64,000 nucleotides of DNA from Eledone cirrhosa (taxonomy: Eukaryota), in assembly GCA_964016885.1 (NCBI GenBank), contig OZ024743.1, positions 310,062,001 through 310,126,000 of the forward strand, written 5' to 3'. The position numbers and the translations under genes are program-made. Within the stretch, counting starts at the first letter, position 1; the number at the start of each line of letters is the position of its first letter. This document shows positions 41,640-55,310 of this stretch, piece after piece. Under the pieces are notes generated by a model. It worked only from the letters and a program-made list of their open reading frames with translations. It was not told the origin of the DNA and made no database searches.

Positions 41640-42175
41640 ATACGGCTCCATCTTTAACCGACACAAAGTTAAACTAGGATACTCCTGCGCTAAGAACATG
41701 AAGGCCCACATCACCAGCAGCCCTAGGAGCAACACCCCACCAGGGTACCCTTGCCGTAAGCGTGAAGCTTGCCCCCTTCAACAGCAATGCAACACACCAG
41801 CTGTAATCTATGAAGTAGTGGTCCCTTCCAACCGGCCAAACGAACCACAGGAGGTCAAATCCTATTATGTGGGCATGGGGAGGGCCGATTTAAGGAGCGT
41901 TTCCTGAACCATCAGTCTACCTTCAGATACCCGGACAGACGTTCCTCCACGAAACTCGCGAGCCACGTATGGTCCCTCAAGAATGAAGTATAGGCTACTC
42001 CATTCAATGAAAAGCCATCACTAAGTCCAAGCTATACGCAAGGGGAAATCCGACGTGTGGCTTATGTATTGACGAACGAATAACTATCCTAAAGAGATTA
42101 CGCAATATTGATTGCCTAAACACGAGAGTGAATTTTTCACACGTTGTCCACACGTTACCAAACATCTATTGCATA
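41640..42175 (+). pseudogene. Naiad-type PLE GIY-YIG remnant
   Basis: IFNRHKVKLGYSC...CRKREACPLQQQC...VIYE...YVG...CGLCIDE...RCPH. Confidence 0.8.
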
Positions 42176-42377
42176 ACTACAAGGCTCCGAACTGATTCTT
42201 TGTAATTTTATTTTTAATTTTTTTAATTTTATTTTCCACCTAAAAACTTTCAGGACTTTCGCAGTTATCTCCCTTACACCTCCCGCACGCAGTCTAGTAT
42301 TGCCTGTGTGAAGTGACCGAGTTTCTGCGCATGCGCTGCGTACGGTTTTCCTTCCTGTTCTTATAACCATACACATC

Positions 42378-42417
42378 CCGAGCTGAAGATCCGCGAAGAT
42401 GAAACAATTGTTCTCGG
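42378..42417 (+). ncRNA. Minimal type I hammerhead ribozyme
   Basis: CCGAG-CTGAAGA-weak stem II-GAAA-CAATTG-TT-CTCGG, downstream of the GIY-YIG remnant. Confidence 0.72.
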
Positions 42418-42966
42418 TATGGTGAACTAACTGTTGTGTGACCACATGTACCTAACTCGTCCCTTGGACTGAGTGCTCTACCACTACGGATATTCCACCA
42501 CTATATATATATATATATAGAAGAAGGTATGACCCCTACGACAGAGCTCAAGCCGTTTCGACGGCTATTTCTGGACTATTTCCCACTCTACTACCCTAAG
42601 TAATGAGTACTCTGGTGCGTTATGGTCCATCTGGTTCCTTACCACAATTCCTTTGTTATATATACATATATATATATATATAAAATATATAAGTTTACAT
42701 ATACATAAACTAGACAGAGCCATAGATATATAGATATATATCTGTGTTTTTGGTAACCATTCACGGTGTGGCTCCATGACGAATTAATTAATTAAATAAT
42801 CAACAATCAGAGCAATATATAAGAAAGTAAGTCCATAGAATCATTTGATAAAATATATACAGTATTTCTCCTACCAATCAGAATAATTAACCACACAAAA
42901 AATTAATTAAACGAGGCTATGAGTTTAAAACGTACGTATGAAGTAATAGATAAATAAATGAAGATT

Positions 42967-43058
<92 letters not shown>

Positions 43059-43174
43059 CTATAAATTAGGTCCATAGAATCAATAGATAAGATATATACA
43101 CCATTTCCTCTCCGAATTAGTATAATCAACGAGACAAAAAAACAATTAAACCAAGCTATGAGATTATGTTTTCA

Positions 43175-43796
43175 TTTTGTCCTTAATTGTAAGTAGTGAT
43201 GTTGCTATACCCTTCATGTTTTCTATTTAAATTTGGTTGGAGTTCATTTATGTTTATTGCCTCTGTGTTTTGTCGATATTGTTATGTTTTGGGAGGGTCA
43301 TGTTGCCAATATGTTGCCAATATATAAAAATCACAGAGGCAATAAACATAAATGAATTCCACCCTAAATTAAATAGAAAACATGAATGGAATAGCAACAT
43401 CACAACTTACAATTAACGACAAAATGAAAACACACACATAGAACAAACAACCAACCAGTAACATGTAAATAAACAATTATAAACACACACAGACACCCGG
43501 ATGTAACACATGCGCAAACTAAGCACATAACACACACAAAACCAAGATAGCGTAGGACAGAACAAAGGAGATGCACAAAAACAAAGAAAAGAATCCCCAG
43601 TCACTGAAGAGGTCACAGAATGTGTGCCGAAAGAAATTTGACAATATGTGAACAAACGTCCGGTTAAGGAACCAACCAACCAACCGGAAATTTATAAATT
43701 CTTGAATTTATAAATATAATTTATAATAAATTGTAGTGAAAGCGACTGGTGCGTGTGTTTCTTATTGGCAACATGACCCTCCAAAAGCATAACAAT
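43175..43796 (+). mobile_element. PLE pseudo-LTR with inverted 5' duplication
   Basis: Same family as 36554-36940; 43175-43270 is inverted versus 43330-43415. Confidence 0.75.
43600..43642 (+). ncRNA. Minimal type I hammerhead ribozyme
   Basis: GTCA-CTGAAGA-GGTCACA-GAA-TGTGTGCC-GAAA-GAAA-TT-TGAC. Confidence 0.7.
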
Positions 43797-43865
43797 AAAT
43801 ATATATTTATATATATATAAATATATATTTATATATATATATATATATATATATAAATATATATT

Positions 43866-43896
<31 letters not shown>

Positions 43897-44155
43897 CTAT
43901 TTATATATATTTATATATATATATATTTATATATATATTTATATATATATATATATATTTATATAAATATATATTTATATATATATATATATATTTATAT
44001 AAATATATATTTATATATATATATATATATTTATATATAGGTTGAAAAAAATGAAAACGAAATTTCATTTCTCACTCTTAGTATGGCACTTACTTAAATG
44101 TAAGTATGTATGTTTACGTACATACATATATGTATACAGACGTACAGTAGCATGC

Positions 44156-44290
<135 letters not shown>

Positions 44291-44291
44291 A

Positions 44292-44362
<71 letters not shown>

Positions 44363-44363
44363 A

Positions 44364-44398
<35 letters not shown>

Positions 44399-44399
44399 A

Positions 44400-44434
<35 letters not shown>

Positions 44435-44435
44435 A

Positions 44436-44470
<35 letters not shown>

Positions 44471-44504
44471 AATATATATATAAATATATATTTATATATA
44501 TATA

Positions 44505-44926
44505 TAAACGGAAAAAATGAAACGAAATTTCATTTACCACTCTTAGTGCGGCTGTTACTTAAATATAAGTATGTACACGTACATACATATATGTATACAG
44601 ACGTACAGTAGTATGTATATATATATACATACCAGCACATATATATATATGTACGTATGGATTCACCGAACATTTATTATAATGCTCTGTGTGTATGTAA
44701 ACAAACATCCCGTATTAAGCCGTAGTGTCCAGCAACCATCGTTGCTTGTTTATTCAACACTGACAAAGGAACGCTGTACTAGTTTCAAGCTTATTAGCCA
44801 TCGTCAGCAACGTATACCTTCCTGACAGATTGTTGAACGTATATACTTACCTTATGCATATTAACGGCTGAGTAGCCCAATTTGCATATCGAGTGGGTTA
44901 ATCGGCCGGGTGCACCGAAAACGATA
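44505..44926 (-). repeat. Single monomer of the 418-bp HHR repeat
   Basis: Near-identical to the 22828-23250 unit; HHR at 44771-44813; further fragments at 44040-44160 and 45298-45470. Confidence 0.85.
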
Positions 44927-45231
44927 ATAAAATTTATTTAGTTACCTTCCTAGCTATGTGTGGTTACATACTTGTAAAAATTATCTCCTGTGATTATTCA
45001 TGTTTATTTATATGTTAATCAATTTCTAGTTATTATAAAATGCTCGGACCAACGCGTTAGAATCTTAGAGCTTATTTTGCGGGTGATATGGCGCAGGTCT
45101 TTCTGGCATGACACCCATAATTTTGATTTAGATTAAATTCATTTGATTTAGATTAATTTTGGATATAGATATATAAATATATATATATATTTATATATAT
45201 ATATATATATATAAATATATATATATATATT

Positions 45232-45270
<39 letters not shown>

Positions 45271-45464
45271 ATTTATATGTATATATATATATATATTAGT
45301 ATGTACACGTACATACATATATGTATACAGACGTACAGTAGTATGTATATATATATACATACATGCACACATATATATGTGTACGTATGGATTCACTGAA
45401 CATACTTATATTTAAGTAACAACCGTACTAAGAGTGGGAAAGGAAATTTTGTTTCATTTTTTCC

Positions 45465-45589
<125 letters not shown>

Positions 45590-45645
45590 TATATATTTAT
45601 ATACATATATATTTATATACATATATATTTATATACATATATATT

Positions 45646-45684
<39 letters not shown>

Positions 45685-45709
45685 TTATATATATATATAT
45701 TTATATATT

Positions 45710-45746
<37 letters not shown>

Positions 45747-45789
45747 ATATATTTATATATTTATATATATATATTCATATATATATATT

Positions 45790-45885
<96 letters not shown>

Positions 45886-45922
45886 GATGTGAGAAAAACC
45901 ACAGACCCTCCATCTCAAATCA

Positions 45923-45960
45923 CCTTTTGAAAAGCAGAAGAACTGCGAAACCGGTAAAGG
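45923..45960 (+). ncRNA. Minimal hammerhead ribozyme, U3:A8 core variant
   Basis: CCTT-TTGAAAA-GCAG-AAGAA-CTGC-GAAA-CCGG-TA-AAGG; stems I and II perfectly paired. Confidence 0.8.
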
Positions 45961-46100
45961 AACCAAATAAATATATATATTTAAAAAAGAAATAAGACTT
46001 CAGTTGCATTTTCGATTTCATCTCTTTTTCTTTATACTTTCACTCGTGTAGGACACCTCGGTTATTTTTCATTTTGTAAAAAAAACCTCACTTTCTAATA

Positions 46101-46155
<55 letters not shown>

Positions 46156-46796
46156 CAATAACAGAGATAGTTTAAAGCTAAACTCTGACTGGTAACCATC
46201 TCACTCAACAAACATTAGGTTATATTAAAATATAAACCCAATTTAAGTGTTTGGGGTGCTAACAATATGTATAATGTGGAAAAACCAGTTGTATTATTTT
46301 ATGAGATATAATTAAAGTTAAAGTAAATCTCTCTTTCCAAACAATTGTTTCATTATAAGTTTTCTACAAGTTTGGGAGAATGTTTCCAGTTTATGTAGAA
46401 GCCTAATATATATTCATGTAAGAATATATTTAGGTGGGCACTTATAAATCATCAGTGGAAGCCCATTAAACATTGATATAAGAAAACAATTTCTTACCGC
46501 TGTCAAAAATCATGTCCGTAAAGTTGGTCTCTCCCACCTCGAATGACCGCTAAATTTGAAATTCCAGCAGTTTTTGACTGAGGAAGTATCATAGCGACAC
46601 GAAGCGGGAAGGGGAGACAACCCACACGAAATGAGGAAAAAAAATAATAATATACACGCGGGTTAATTAGTTTTTTTGAAAACATTATCAATCCAACTTG
46701 TTTAAGAACTCAATTGAAAATAAAAAATAAATATATGTTTGTATAAATTAAACACGCATATAGATATTTTCTTAGGCTAAAACATTTATATATATT

Positions 46797-46829
<33 letters not shown>

Positions 46830-46839
46830 TATATATCTT

Positions 46840-46926
<87 letters not shown>

Positions 46927-48636
46927 CATACGATATTGACAAATGGAAACTATATTTATAAAACCATATTTATTTCATTATACATATTTCAAGGACACCA
47001 AGTTAAATTATGATGTGCTTTCAACAGATAAAATATAATATAGAGCAGTTTTATAAATAAATATTGACATACCCTTAAAGAATGCAACCATTACTGTTGG
47101 AAGCTCCCGGATAGTGGAGTTATATTTATACTTATAGTATTAGGTAAGTTAGTATTGGATATTTTTAAATAAGCCGTTGGGTTACGGAGAAAGAGAAAGA
47201 GAGAGAGCAGAATAACAGCGAGAAAAAAAGAGAGAAAGAGAGAGAGAGAGAGAGCATAACAACAGAGAGAGAAAAGAAATAGAAATAGAAAAAAAGAAAG
47301 AGAGAGAGAGAGAGGAGAAAGGGATAGGAGAGAGAGAATGAAAACTCCAAGTCATATCTTGTTGATTTATCTTAACATTTGAAATGAAATGAATAAATAA
47401 AATTAGAAATGTTAATAATCCTGAATGGAATATACATATATAATATGAGAAATTTAACCATTGTTTAAATATGATTAAATGTTTAGTTAATCAGTTATAA
47501 TATTGAGATCAATACTTTAAAAATTGAGATCTATATATTAAGAAATCTATATATTATTATTAAGACTATATATTATAAGAATATAACACATATACATACG
47601 CAAAAATATAAATATATATACACACGTATAAAAATATATATATATATCTAACTACGTATATAATATATACATACAAAATATAAAGGATTTTTTTAATTTA
47701 AGATATAGGAAAACATATAAAATCAGAGAAAGTCTTTTCAATGTAATATCAAAGTAGCGTGAAGGAAAATTACGTTACTTAGTTAGATAGATGTTCCAAT
47801 TGTTAAGATATTAAAGGAATTGTTTTTTGTTATACACACTTTGTGTTATTATACAAAGTTTTATATAAGTTTTATAAGATTAACCTGTTATGTAGTTATG
47901 ACTGTTATTATATGTTTATTTGGCACGAACCTTGGGATAATCTCTATAAATAAGTGCAATCGAATTGTATGCGTATATATATATATATATATACATACAC
48001 AATTAACACATATACATATATATATATATACACATGTACCCACACGAATATGTAGATATGCATCACATACACATATACATACAAATAGACATACACCCAT
48101 AAAACATATGCATATGTATATCAATACACACATATCCATACACATACGCACATATATAGAGAGAATAATATATAAATATAGTACATAGTATAATTGAAGT
48201 ACATAAAATACAAAAGAATTATATTACGATTTGGAAATATAATTATAAGCAATATAACTTTAAAACAATATAATAATTTAAAAAATATTATAGAATATTT
48301 CAAGTTATAATTTTAAAATATGATATGTTTAATAAATTTAGTATAACAATTTTCTACGTATATTTAACTTAATTTACTTTTATATCCATAAGAGAAAGAA
48401 AAAGAAAAAGAAACTTTCAAAAGATAAACTTTCGAAAATAGGAGAAACTATCAAAAATTATTTTCCCCTTTTAAGAGCTTTCAGTATATTTCTCTAGAAG
48501 AATTTATTATGTTTATTTATATTTTGGAAGAAAAGTTTTTTTTACTTGAGTGTATAATCAGTCAAAAAAAATGAAAGAATCTAATGATTTATCGATAGGT
48601 TCAATATATTAATAAAATTAATTAATTAATTATATA

Positions 48637-49330
48637 TTACGTTTTAAATTTATATTTAAACGTTGAGTTCAATCTATGTCTACAGCAACTGAATAAATTG
48701 TTCCTTAGGTTCAGGGAATTTTTGGTCTTTAATATAAAGAATATTTCCTCTATACAAAGATCACAATTTTCTGAAGAGGAGTTAAAAGGAGTAGCTTTTG
48801 AAATAATATTCCAAATCAACGAATATTTAACATTCTTTAGTTTGAGGTATAATAAGCTAGATAAAGAAGTTGAAGATTTTTTGGGGGGATCTGTAAAAGA
48901 ATTTTTATGATTATTGAAGCGGGATTTAAACTCTGTGGAAGTGTATCCCACATAATTAAATGAATTTAAATTAGTTTTTACATTACAATTATATACTATA
49001 TTTTTAGCTAAGCAATTGTTATTTAACGGGCAGTTAGATTTAATTCTACAGTTACATTTATCAAATTGGATATTGCTTGGGTTATTAGTGGTATTTTGGT
49101 TAGGTTTTAAATTTCTATTATTAATTCTATTAATATTTTGCGCTAAGTTTTTGGTGGAAGAAGTTAATTTTATAGTATGTCTATTAAAAATTGAATAATA
49201 TCTATGTGTTCTAAGGAAGCATTTGTCAAGATCTTTAAACAATAGTTTAGCAATAGGGGTTTTAATATTTAATGAGAAAGGAGGAGCGAACCATAATATG
49301 TTCCTAGTTCTATATCTTTTTTTGTTTTCG
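48637..49330 (-). pseudogene. Naiad-type PLE GIY-YIG endonuclease region
   Basis: RNILWFAPPFS...IFNRHTIK...CNCRIKSNCPLNNNCLAKNIVY...NYVGYTSTEFKSRFNNH...CDLCIEE...LN.R..LFSCCRH. Confidence 0.9.
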
Positions 49331-49488
49331 GAATTATTGTAAGGTTTTCTTTTATTTAAAAATATCCAATACTAACTTACCTAATACTATAAGTATAAAT
49401 ATAACTCCACTATCCGGGAGCTTCCAACAGTAATGGTTGCATTCTTTATGTGTATGTCAGTATTTATTCATAAAACTGCTCTATATTA

Positions 49489-49553
49489 TATTTTATCTGA
49501 TGAAACCACACCATAATTTAACTTGGTGTTCTTGAAATATGTATAATGAAATA
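49489..49553 (+). ncRNA. Type I hammerhead ribozyme
   Basis: TATTTTAT-CTGATGA-stem II-GAAA-TATGTA-TA-ATGAAATA. Confidence 0.75.
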
Positions 49554-49707
49554 AATATGGTTTTATAAATATAGTTTCCATTTGTAAATATCGTATGTTT
49601 ACTCCAATTATTTGTTGAGTGCTTTATATCAGTTATAAAAATATTTGCTTATTGTATCCCAACAATTTAAATAGAACATTTGCATATATTTATATATATT
49701 TATTCAT

Positions 49708-49792
<85 letters not shown>

Positions 49793-49796
49793 TATT

Positions 49797-49827
<31 letters not shown>

Positions 49828-50050
49828 ATATATTTATGTATATATATATATACATATATATTTATATATATATATATTTATGTATATATATATACATATA
49901 TATTTATATATATATATATTTATATATATATACATATATATTTATACATATATATTTATATATATATATTTATATATTTATATATATTTATATATTTATA
50001 TGTATATATATTTATATATATTTATATATATACATATATATATATATATT

Positions 50051-50168
<118 letters not shown>

Positions 50169-50375
50169 TTTATATATATATTTTTATATATATATATATA
50201 TATAATCCAAGGGCGGTGCCCCAGCATGGCCTCAGCCGGATGGCTGAAACAGGTAAAAGAGTAAAAGAGTATATATATTTATAACGAAGGAAATGTGGTA
50301 AGAAACCAGTTGGACCATAACGCACCAAAGTACTCAATACTTAGTGTAGTAGAATGGGTAATAGGAACGAATAGG

Positions 50376-50470
50376 ACCCCGACGGCTGAGATTAAGCCGT
50401 TTCTACGGCTAATTCTGGACTAAATGAAAATTTTTATTCTGGTATTTGAATAGCCGAGCTTCTCAGGGGT
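50376..50470 (-). ncRNA. Hammerhead variant (core CTGAGAA, long stem II, real stem III)
   Basis: Inverted copy of 51097-51191. Confidence 0.6.
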
Positions 50471-51096
50471 AATTCCATATATGGTAAAAGTGATTGTCAC
50501 AAGGATTGGTCAAATTTTATTTATTTTTAGCACTGGGTGGTTGCTGGCCTTGTGCCTGGGGTAGAAACCTTTATTTCGTACTGGTGTCGGGACTCTGAAT
50601 TATTATTTCGTGGTAGTTTCTTTAGTATTTTGGCCCCCCACTTGTTGACCCGTCACCGTAAGATATATTCGGTGGTTTACTTATACCTCTTAAAAGGGTC
50701 TCTTTATAATTCCGTCCCACCTAGTAAACCTTTCTTTAGTCTAGCAGTTGCAGTGAGAGACTTGATAGCTGTCATTAGGTTATAGTAACCAGAAATTGTT
50801 TTTTTTACATTTAATTTTTTTTTTCACTCCCGGTATTTTTCTATATATTTACCCAATATTGTTTTACTTATTGTTTCGACTCCCCCCCCCCTAGTATATT
50901 ATTTGACCTCCTGCTCAGCTGTAGTTGGCACTATCAACGCAGCACGTCTGGGTTTCCTCCACCCCCTCTTCCTCTTTCTTCTACTGGCAGGTTCAGCTAC
51001 CCCTTCCCTCCACAAATTGCCATGATAGAATTATTAGTCTCAACAAGAAACTTTTGACCAATCCTTGTGACAATCACTTTTACCATAAATGGAATT

Positions 51097-51191
51097 ACCC
51101 CCTGAGAAGCTCGGCTATTCAAATACCAGGATAAACATTTTCTTTAGTCCAGAATTAGCCGTCGAAACGGCTTCGGCTCAGCCGTCGGGGT
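51097..51191 (+). ncRNA. Hammerhead variant (core CTGAGAA, long stem II, real stem III)
   Basis: ACCCC-CTGAGAA-G..CGGCTA...TAGCCGTC-GAAA-CGGCT-loop-AGCCG-TC-GGGGT. Confidence 0.65.
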
Positions 51192-51296
51192 CCTACTCGT
51201 TCCTAGGCCGGTGGAGGTGAATTGGTACTCACAAGGGAGCGGATGAAAAACCCAAGAACACGCAATGTTCGGAAACATAACCTTATTATGTAACAA

Positions 51297-51370
51297 GCTT
51301 TCTGATGATGACACGACACTCGCACACAGAACAGTGTGGCCAGTGTCGTCACTGAAATATATATCACAGC
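51297..51370 (+). ncRNA. Type I hammerhead ribozyme, long stem II
   Basis: CTGATGA-TGACACGACACT...AGTGTCGTCACT-GAAA-TATATA-TC-ACAGC. Confidence 0.75.
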
Positions 51371-52598
51371 ATTGTTATTAAAGGACTTGAACATCTGAAA
51401 CTACTTCGCTTTTCCTTATCCGATATTTACTCCGTCACTCCTATGTGGAAAAAGTACGTTGAGTGCTTGAATTGAATTGCATCAATGTTTACCCTAATAA
51501 TTTAGCTCCAATAGTTGAGCGCTTTACGATGTAACCGATATGGTGGAGAAGAGAGGAACCAACCATAAGCTACCCCGGAAATTCTCTCTACCATGGGTAT
51601 GGAAACCCCTTTCACTGGACGGACATAATAATAACTTTCGGCTGGATAAATACGCGGAAACAAATAATAGGATAAACCCCTATTTTCCTGCACCAAATCG
51701 CACTTGAACAGAGGCCCCCTCAATTCAATCTATACATGGACAGATGGACAATCATATGGATCATATATGTACTCTGTGTTTTTGCATTTATTCACTGTTG
51801 GTTCTGTTCTTTTCTTTTGTGTACTTTATGTCTGTTTTTCTTTGATTTTGTTGCATGTGATGGAAATTAGGACTGTACCAGATTCACTAATGCCTGGAGC
51901 CCTGTAGTTATAATGTACGACACCGTCGTTCAATATGTGGATAGAGTAACTGTGACACTAGAATCCCTCTCAGAACATATTACTTAAACACCTCTCTCCA
52001 TATTATTTACTCACTTCAGTCTATATTTTTACTCACCTCAATCCGAATTATCACCTGAAAAGAATGTTTTAATTCTTTTTTTAATTCTTTAATTTCTAAT
52101 TGTTAATTTCTTAATTGTTTAATTTATAATTTCTGATATTTGATTTAGGATTTTAATTTTTATTTCCAACTCTCACTCTTAACTTCCAACGTAAAACCAT
52201 GATACCTAGAATAAGTTTATTTTCCCTAATAAGGTGATAGTCAGTCGTACCGTCAACGCTTAGTGAGGGGTAGTATTATGACCTGTAAAAACTAACACTC
52301 TCCCATCCCCTCTGGCTCTCGGCTGACTGCCACAGCCGTGATGGGTAGCAGTAAAATATGGTACAGGCATTGGTGGGCCATTGTTTTGGATGACAGGGTG
52401 AACTGACTAAACAAATTTCGTTGAAGTCCGCGGTGGCGAATGGTCAACTTCCTTCGGACATGCGCTTGCGCAGGCCGGGGTGGGGGTGAATTGGTACTCA
52501 CAAGGTAGCGGATCAAAAACCCAAGAACACGCAATTCATCCGTTCCCTTGTCGATCCAATTTGGATTGCCTCGGAAACATAACCTTATTATGTAACAA

Positions 52599-52672
52599 GC
52601 TGTCTGATGATGAGACGACACTCGCACACAGAACAGTGTGGCCAGTGTCGTCACTGAAATATATATCACAGC
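52599..52672 (+). ncRNA. Type I hammerhead ribozyme, long stem II
   Basis: GCTGT-CTGATGA-...GACGACACT...AGTGTCGTC..-GAAA-TATATA-TC-ACAGC. Confidence 0.82.
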
Positions 52673-52857
52673 ATTATTATTAAAGGACATGAACATCTGA
52701 AACTACTTCGCTTTTCCTTATTCGATATTTACTCCGTCACTCCTATGTGGAAAAGGTAAGTTGAGTGCTTGAATTGAATTGCATCAATGTTTACCCTAAT
52801 ATATATATATAGAGAGAGAGAGATTACAGTAATCAAAGTTCAGTTTAAGTCATTTAT

Positions 52858-52906
52858 TTGCTTACAATTGTTTCCTCCAAACCGAGGTTTGGATTCTTCG
52901 GAGCAA
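52858..52906 (-). ncRNA. Hammerhead ribozyme, U4C core variant
   Basis: TTGCT-CCGAAGA-A-TCCAAAC-CTCG-GTTTGGA-G-GAAA-CAATTG-TA-AGCAA. Confidence 0.7.
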
Positions 52907-54429
52907 CTATTTATAACATACTTGACCTCCTTTTCAACCCAAGAGACACATAAAATATATGCGCATATTGATCAACAGTGGGGTGACATTCATCAAATGA
53001 TATAGCATGGCAATTTACATATAAATGTTACAGGATAAAAATAAAATAAAAACAAGAGTGAAAATAAAGATAAACATGAAGCGTTGGCAGTCTATGAAGA
53101 TAAAGCAAGAGGAAAGCTTAGAGTAGTCAGTGTATGAAACAATCTCCCGTGTAGCATGCACGCGTGTCTTATCTATACATGATTAGAGTGCGTCAGAATG
53201 ATATTTGCAGGGTCAGGCAGTTGAAGCAGGCAATCGATCTTATTATGTAGACTGAATTATTAAGTCATTTCTTCTCATACATCTGTATGATATACAGTCT
53301 CGGATGCGGGGAAACACCAAAATATCAAAAACCTTCAACATACTATAAACCTTATTGTATCGTAGGCAAGGCCGTACCACTATCCTTGCTCACACCACCA
53401 CTCACATAATCCATGAGACGCAATATATATATAGAGAACACGCGTCTATCGTATAATTCGCGGTGGTTCAGCATATAGTCAAGCTATAAACCGCATCCAG
53501 TCGGTTCTTAATTAATATATCATGCTGTCCAGATTCCGGAAGTGCCTGAATGACTAAGGGGAATTAATGCGTAAGGGGAGGTAACTAGCTAGTTATCTTA
53601 GTTACATTACTATCCTAAACTACAATAATGGTGATTCAAATACGTGCCTATCATGTGAAGTTATAACTAATATCTAGAGTATGTTACCCATTTATAGGTT
53701 AGAGAGTTGTCCATTAAGAAGTACAAGGGTGTATATATTAGGATGATTACCATCCATTAATTAAGTGGTGTTTTATCTGAACGTTCTATAAGAGGAGTCA
53801 GACTCTCAAGTCACTGCTCCATGCAAATGTAATTTAACAGTAGGACCTGGTATGGTCCCAATATTATATATGCCACCCGGTAGGCTCCGGGTCATTGCAT
53901 GCCTGCATCTCCAGTAAATCTTCGGTATGGTCCGGAGATCCAATCTCTCATATAAATGCACTAGTCTGGCCATCAAGCAATAGACAACCCCCGTCTTAAA
54001 TATAAATCAATTATGTATCACATCTACAAGCTAGAGTGGAGTCTATTAATAGGTACTAAAGGAGTTCACATCAAGATGATTACGTGCATAATTCATTGAA
54101 CTGATCGCTTACAGTATATATTCACTTAACAATACGATTATCTATCTAATCATCAATCTATCTCTTGGTGGTAATCCATGCACAGGACTATGTTATCGCA
54201 ACCAGTACCGTGTCCCCAATTTATGCTAATCTTATATTTGTGCAATGCAGAATAAGTAGTCCACGGTCGAGATATCAGTATTAGAGGTACAAGGGGGTAT
54301 TCCCAGGGTAGGTGGTACTAAAATACTGTCAGTATTATCTTTAGAGTATAGAGATGGGTGTGGATGTGAGGTGTAAGGTGAGGCTACTGATGTTAATTGC
54401 TAGGGGTGGTGCCGGTTCCAGTCTGACAT

Positions 54430-55310
54430 TATTATATATAGGGTTTAAAGTTTTGGAACGAGTGTCGGAAGCGGTGTTGGCAATTTGCGAACACTTCTGA
54501 TTTTTTATTAAGGAGATATGTTTAGAGAAGATGATAGTATGGGTCTCTAGTAGACAGAGGTTACAAAATTTATCAGGTGGTTTGTACGATGTTGCACTAC
54601 CTACCACTTCCCATTTAAGTGTATATATTTTAATTTTAGTTTTTAGATAGTGTATGTAGCTAGATAGTGAAGTGGAGTTGGCTAGACTGTGTTTTTTGAA
54701 AGAGTGGAGGTGCGAATTGTATCTAGTTTTGAAGCAGTTAGAAGTGGAGCCTATGTAGGTTTCAGAAGAGCTGTTAGTTGTGACTGTACATGAGTATATG
54801 ATATCCTTGGTTAAGCATTTTTTATCTAAAGGGCAGGTTCTACTTGATCTACAGTTACAATTACTCTGGGTGCTAGTCTGCCGGTTACTATGCTGTGTAG
54901 AAGTTTGGATGTTAGCTATAGGGTTATGGTTATGCGGGTTGTGGTACGCAGCGTTAATGTTTACACTAGTGCTATTACTATTATTTCCATTGATATTACG
55001 GTTATTTGTTATAATATTACTTTCACTGTTATTTTGAATGTTATTTTGAAGGTTTATCGACCGTTGTGATTTAGTTTATTGGAAGTAAGAATTAATTTTT
55101 CTTTTATTTGTACTAGCTATGTGTTATGCTAGGTTAGGCGTAGTAGAGTATGAGATCTTAATAGTGTTTTTGTTTAAAAGGCCGTGGTACCTGTGGCCGG
55201 ATGGGTAGTGTTTATCTAGTAGTGAGAAGAAAGCCCCAGGAAGGTTGGTAGAGACGTTTAAATTGAAAGGAGGGTTGAAAAATGTATTATTTCTTCTTCT
55301 ATTTCTGTTT
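54430..55310 (-). pseudogene. Naiad-type PLE GIY-YIG region, frameshifted
   Basis: RNNTFFNPPFNLNVSTN...LLDKHYP..HRYHGLLNKNTIKISYS...CNCRSSRTCPLDKKCL..DIIY...TYIGSTSNCFKTRYNSH...CNLCLLE. Confidence 0.88.

Larger units (their letters stand above)
46930..49690 (-). mobile_element. 5'-truncated Naiad-type PLE with 3' pseudo-LTR and inverted 5' pseudo-LTR
   Basis: GIY-YIG at 48637-49330; pseudo-LTR 46930-47470(-) mirrored at 49340-49690(+); HHRs at 46971-47035 (core mutated to CTGTTGA) and 49489-49553. Confidence 0.85.
51203..52800 (+). mobile_element. Truncated PLE with direct pseudo-LTRs
   Basis: 51203-51500 is repeated at 52470-52800, each with an HHR; weak GIY-YIG C-terminal remnant (HLNRGPLNSIYTW) between them. 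Confidence 0.7.

Noticed and set aside
46575-46615. CTGAGGA-AGTATC..GACAC-GAAG
   Set aside because: GAAG instead of GAAA, and no UH site or stem I
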